Position numbers and translations under genes: made by a program
Notes under the pieces: model-generated
The model's database searches: none
What the model saw: the letters and a program-made list of their open reading frames with translations, nothing else
Told to the model about the DNA's origin: nothing
From: Octopus sinensis
Lineage: Eukaryota
DNA length: 64,000 nucleotides
Assembly (NCBI RefSeq): GCF_006345805.1
Contig: NC_043001.1
Span: forward strand, 67,580,001 to 67,644,000
Direction: 5' to 3'
Shown here: positions 61,325 through 64,000 of the stretch, one piece after another
How the letters are laid out: each line of letters begins with the position of its first letter
Position numbering within the stretch: position 1 is the stretch's first letter

Positions 61325-61879
61325 CAGGGATTGACGAACAGGGGTAAATTACCCCAAGTGAGGTAAAAATGAAATTCTTGGGGGTAATGAGGACTCATTA
61401 GACATAAGTAAAATTATATAAAGAACATGTTCCTTGTTATGACAAATTTTTCTTCTGGCATGAGGCAGCAGTCAAAATTTTGTTGCCTTTTGCAACAACA
61501 TACCTTAGCGAACAAGGATTTTCAACTCAAATGAACATAAAAACAAAGCAGAGTAATTGATTTGACTCTGAAGACTGTATTCAAATTACTCTGGCATTAA
61601 ACTGCCCCAATTTTGACGTAATTGTAACAAAAATGAAACATCATTTCTCCAAAACCTGAAGTGAAAAAGTTTCTGGAAAAATCCTTTTGTTTCATAATAT
61701 TGATATTAATTTATTGTATCACATTTGTTTTATTTTATATTTATATTGTATTCTCCATATTAAACAGATTCAATAAACCTTTCGAATTCAAAGAATCTAT
61801 GATTTTCTTCAAGGGGGCTAACATCAGCATAAATAAACATAGTTTTGGTTAATTAATTAAAAAAGTCCCCTGACCCCTG
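61325..61879 (+). mobile_element. Internally deleted hAT (Buster/Charlie) transposon retaining the C-terminal dimerisation domain
   Basis: 61462-61659 reads EAAVKILLPFATTYLSEQGFSTQMNIKTKQSN*FDSED...; ends cagggatt / gacccctg; 8-bp TSD atatagac / acatagat with central TA. Confidence 0.8.
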
Positions 61880-63044
61880 ACATAGATGAACTGTCTCTAA
61901 AAATGATAAGATCTATGTCTATCTACCTGTATTTCACTGCACTCAGTTTGACTCATATGTCTGTGTCAAAGGCTAGATTTTCTGCATTTCACTTTATTTA
62001 TGAAGAAATCACCACTGGGTTTCTCGTTAGATTAACAAGAATAAGCCAAATATCATATAACCAATCTGATACTTGTTCTCTGCCTTATGTTAGAAACCTT
62101 ATTGTTAAATATCAGCCATACCGACATCAGCAGATCATAACATAATTCACTGTATTTATCATTTTATTAATGTTAGTTACATAATAGAACTTACTGGAAG
62201 CCTCTGTGTAACATGTGATAACAATCATCTTTGTATGGCAAATAGGGGAACTGCCCTTGTGGGACATCTAGAAATGGTTGCAGATGATGACATATAGGGA
62301 GTCACCCATGTGTGATGCATGAAACAGTGACAGTTGTGTGACTTGTAGGGGTATGGTTATATGGGTGTGACCTGTAGAATGGTCACATGTGGGAAACCTC
62401 AACATATGTATGCCATTAACAGAAAGCTGAATGTGTGACATTCACAAGTATGCACATGTTTGTTATATGAGAGTTATTGCACCAATACAGTGCAGCAATT
62501 ATGCTGATGTGCATTGCAGGAAGTAAAAACTGAGACATCTCAAGATGTTTTGGCAATATTCTCGCAATTATTCCAGTTTGCTTATTCTGGCCATGTTGGA
62601 ACAGGACTAAGTAAATTACTTTTTTCTTGTTTTTCACTTTTATTATCTTGTGAAAAAATCACAAAGTTTGTTATACTATGTATAAGTAATTTACCAGTAT
62701 TTTCCAGCCTCTATTGTTTTCAGTGAATGTTTCAAAAAGTATTTCTGTAGAATAGGGGTGGGGGGTGGGGTTCCCATCTATTTTTGTTCCCAACAACTTT
62801 TGTAAAAGTAAGTTCACCCTGCTCTCATCATTTTGTTCGGTGATTTAAGTTTACTCTTCTACTATAAGAAAATGACTGACAAAGAAAGAATTAAAAATAT
62901 TGTTTTCTAAACATCAATTATTTTAAGTTACAGTAACAATAAATCAAATAACAAGTTAGGCTATTCCAATTAGCAACACACTAAATTAATACACACACAA
63001 TACAAGTTGTTAAAACTGAAGTAACAGATGTAGACTTAGATTTG

Positions 63045-63320
63045 TCATGAGCCCTAGGACTCACAAGGCTGGAGCTTCACTCAGTTTTTATGGCGTGTAA
63101 GTGATTGGGGTTACAAAACTTCCCACTCCAGAATGAGATGTCAGTCCGTTGCAGTGTTGACTTCCCAGGTATTGCACAAACTCATTTATGGCTGAGCGGA
63201 CTGGAGCAATGTGTGAAATGAAATGCTTTACTCAAGAATACACCACACTACCTAGCCTGGAAATTGAAATCATGATCTTATGATTGTGAGTCCAGCACCT
63301 TAATCACTAGGCCACACATC
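63045..63320 (-). mobile_element. SINE family C
   Basis: gctgagcggactggagcaatg...ctcaagaatacac...taatcactaggccacac is the inverse of the 16846-16980 head. Confidence 0.65.
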
Positions 63321-64000
63321 TTTAGAAGTATCCTTCACAAACTTGGCTTACTTTAAATTTTCTTCTCAATTTCAGATTTTTTTTTTCAAAATAATTAATC
63401 TTTTAAAAACGATAAATCCAGAACCAGCATATTGACCCCATGGGTATGTAAGATTTACCTGATGGGAATAAATTTACCACTCTAGTTTGGAAATCACTGC
63501 CATGAGGTTATTTCATGTAAACATTAATGTTTGTCATGTAGAAGAAGAAGGACCCCTTTCAGTCATGAATAACTTTGGGATTGCACCTAGAAAGTTCCCC
63601 TCTGAGGCAAAACTGGAAGTCGTCCATGCATACCAGTTTGGATGGTACAAGGTGGTAACTTTAAATACCTTTAATGTGGCCATATGTGTATATGCAAGCT
63701 GAATGATAAATGGAAATGGTTTGATGTGTGGAGGCCATGATCTTCTCCTATGCATTGCCTCCTGTCTGCTAGCTGGCGTGTGGTGTGTGAGAGCCAACTA
63801 GATCACATCTTTACTCTACAACGTCAAGATGCAAAAAAAGGAAGAGGTGAATCTCTGAACCTTAATGTTGTGTATGCCGTCTATTATCCAACTAATTAGG
63901 CAGCCACCGTCAGGGGAGGTAACTGTGCCTACACCAACCTCATTTCTCCACATCACTGTTATCCAAGGGAAAGGCAAAGGCTGATACAGCTCGGCACCAA

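Noticed and set aside
62020-63400. Next exon of the host gene after 60977
   Set aside because: Several AG acceptors (about 62030, 62095, 62520, 63375) give early stops in phase 1 and none stands out; the gene probably continues beyond the window

Overview
AT-rich, repeat-dense eukaryotic DNA, not prokaryotic. The SINE families and the microsatellite load resemble what I recall from Octopus (coleoid cephalopod) genomes; that assignment is inference, not a database result. Most of the window is intergenic or intronic. One host gene is supported on the + strand by three frame-compatible phase-1 exons: a signal peptide (28879-28933), a divergent CUB-like domain (55319-55627) and a short Cys-containing exon (60885-60977). 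The gene is incomplete in this window. Mobile elements: a full-length RTE LINE with a TSD and three lesions (2400-6372); a second RTE family carrying a PHD finger inside the RT region (young copy 35712-37460, fossil 24157-26990); a Penelope-like GIY-YIG element (17880-19360); CR1-like and R4/Dong-like fossils; a complete Tc1 DD34E element with IR/DR ends (40501-42109); hAT, mariner and TTAA-type MITEs; and many tRNA-derived SINEs. The most unusual area is 17.9-23.8 kb. It holds up to six hammerhead-ribozyme motifs on both strands, one with U3-A8 covariation and two forming a 289-bp near-perfect inverted repeat. It also holds nested palindromes and a 128-bp two-piece inverted copy of the neighbouring LINE fossil. 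Most other ORFs in the supplied track are microsatellite or antisense noise. Coordinates of degenerate repeats are approximate.
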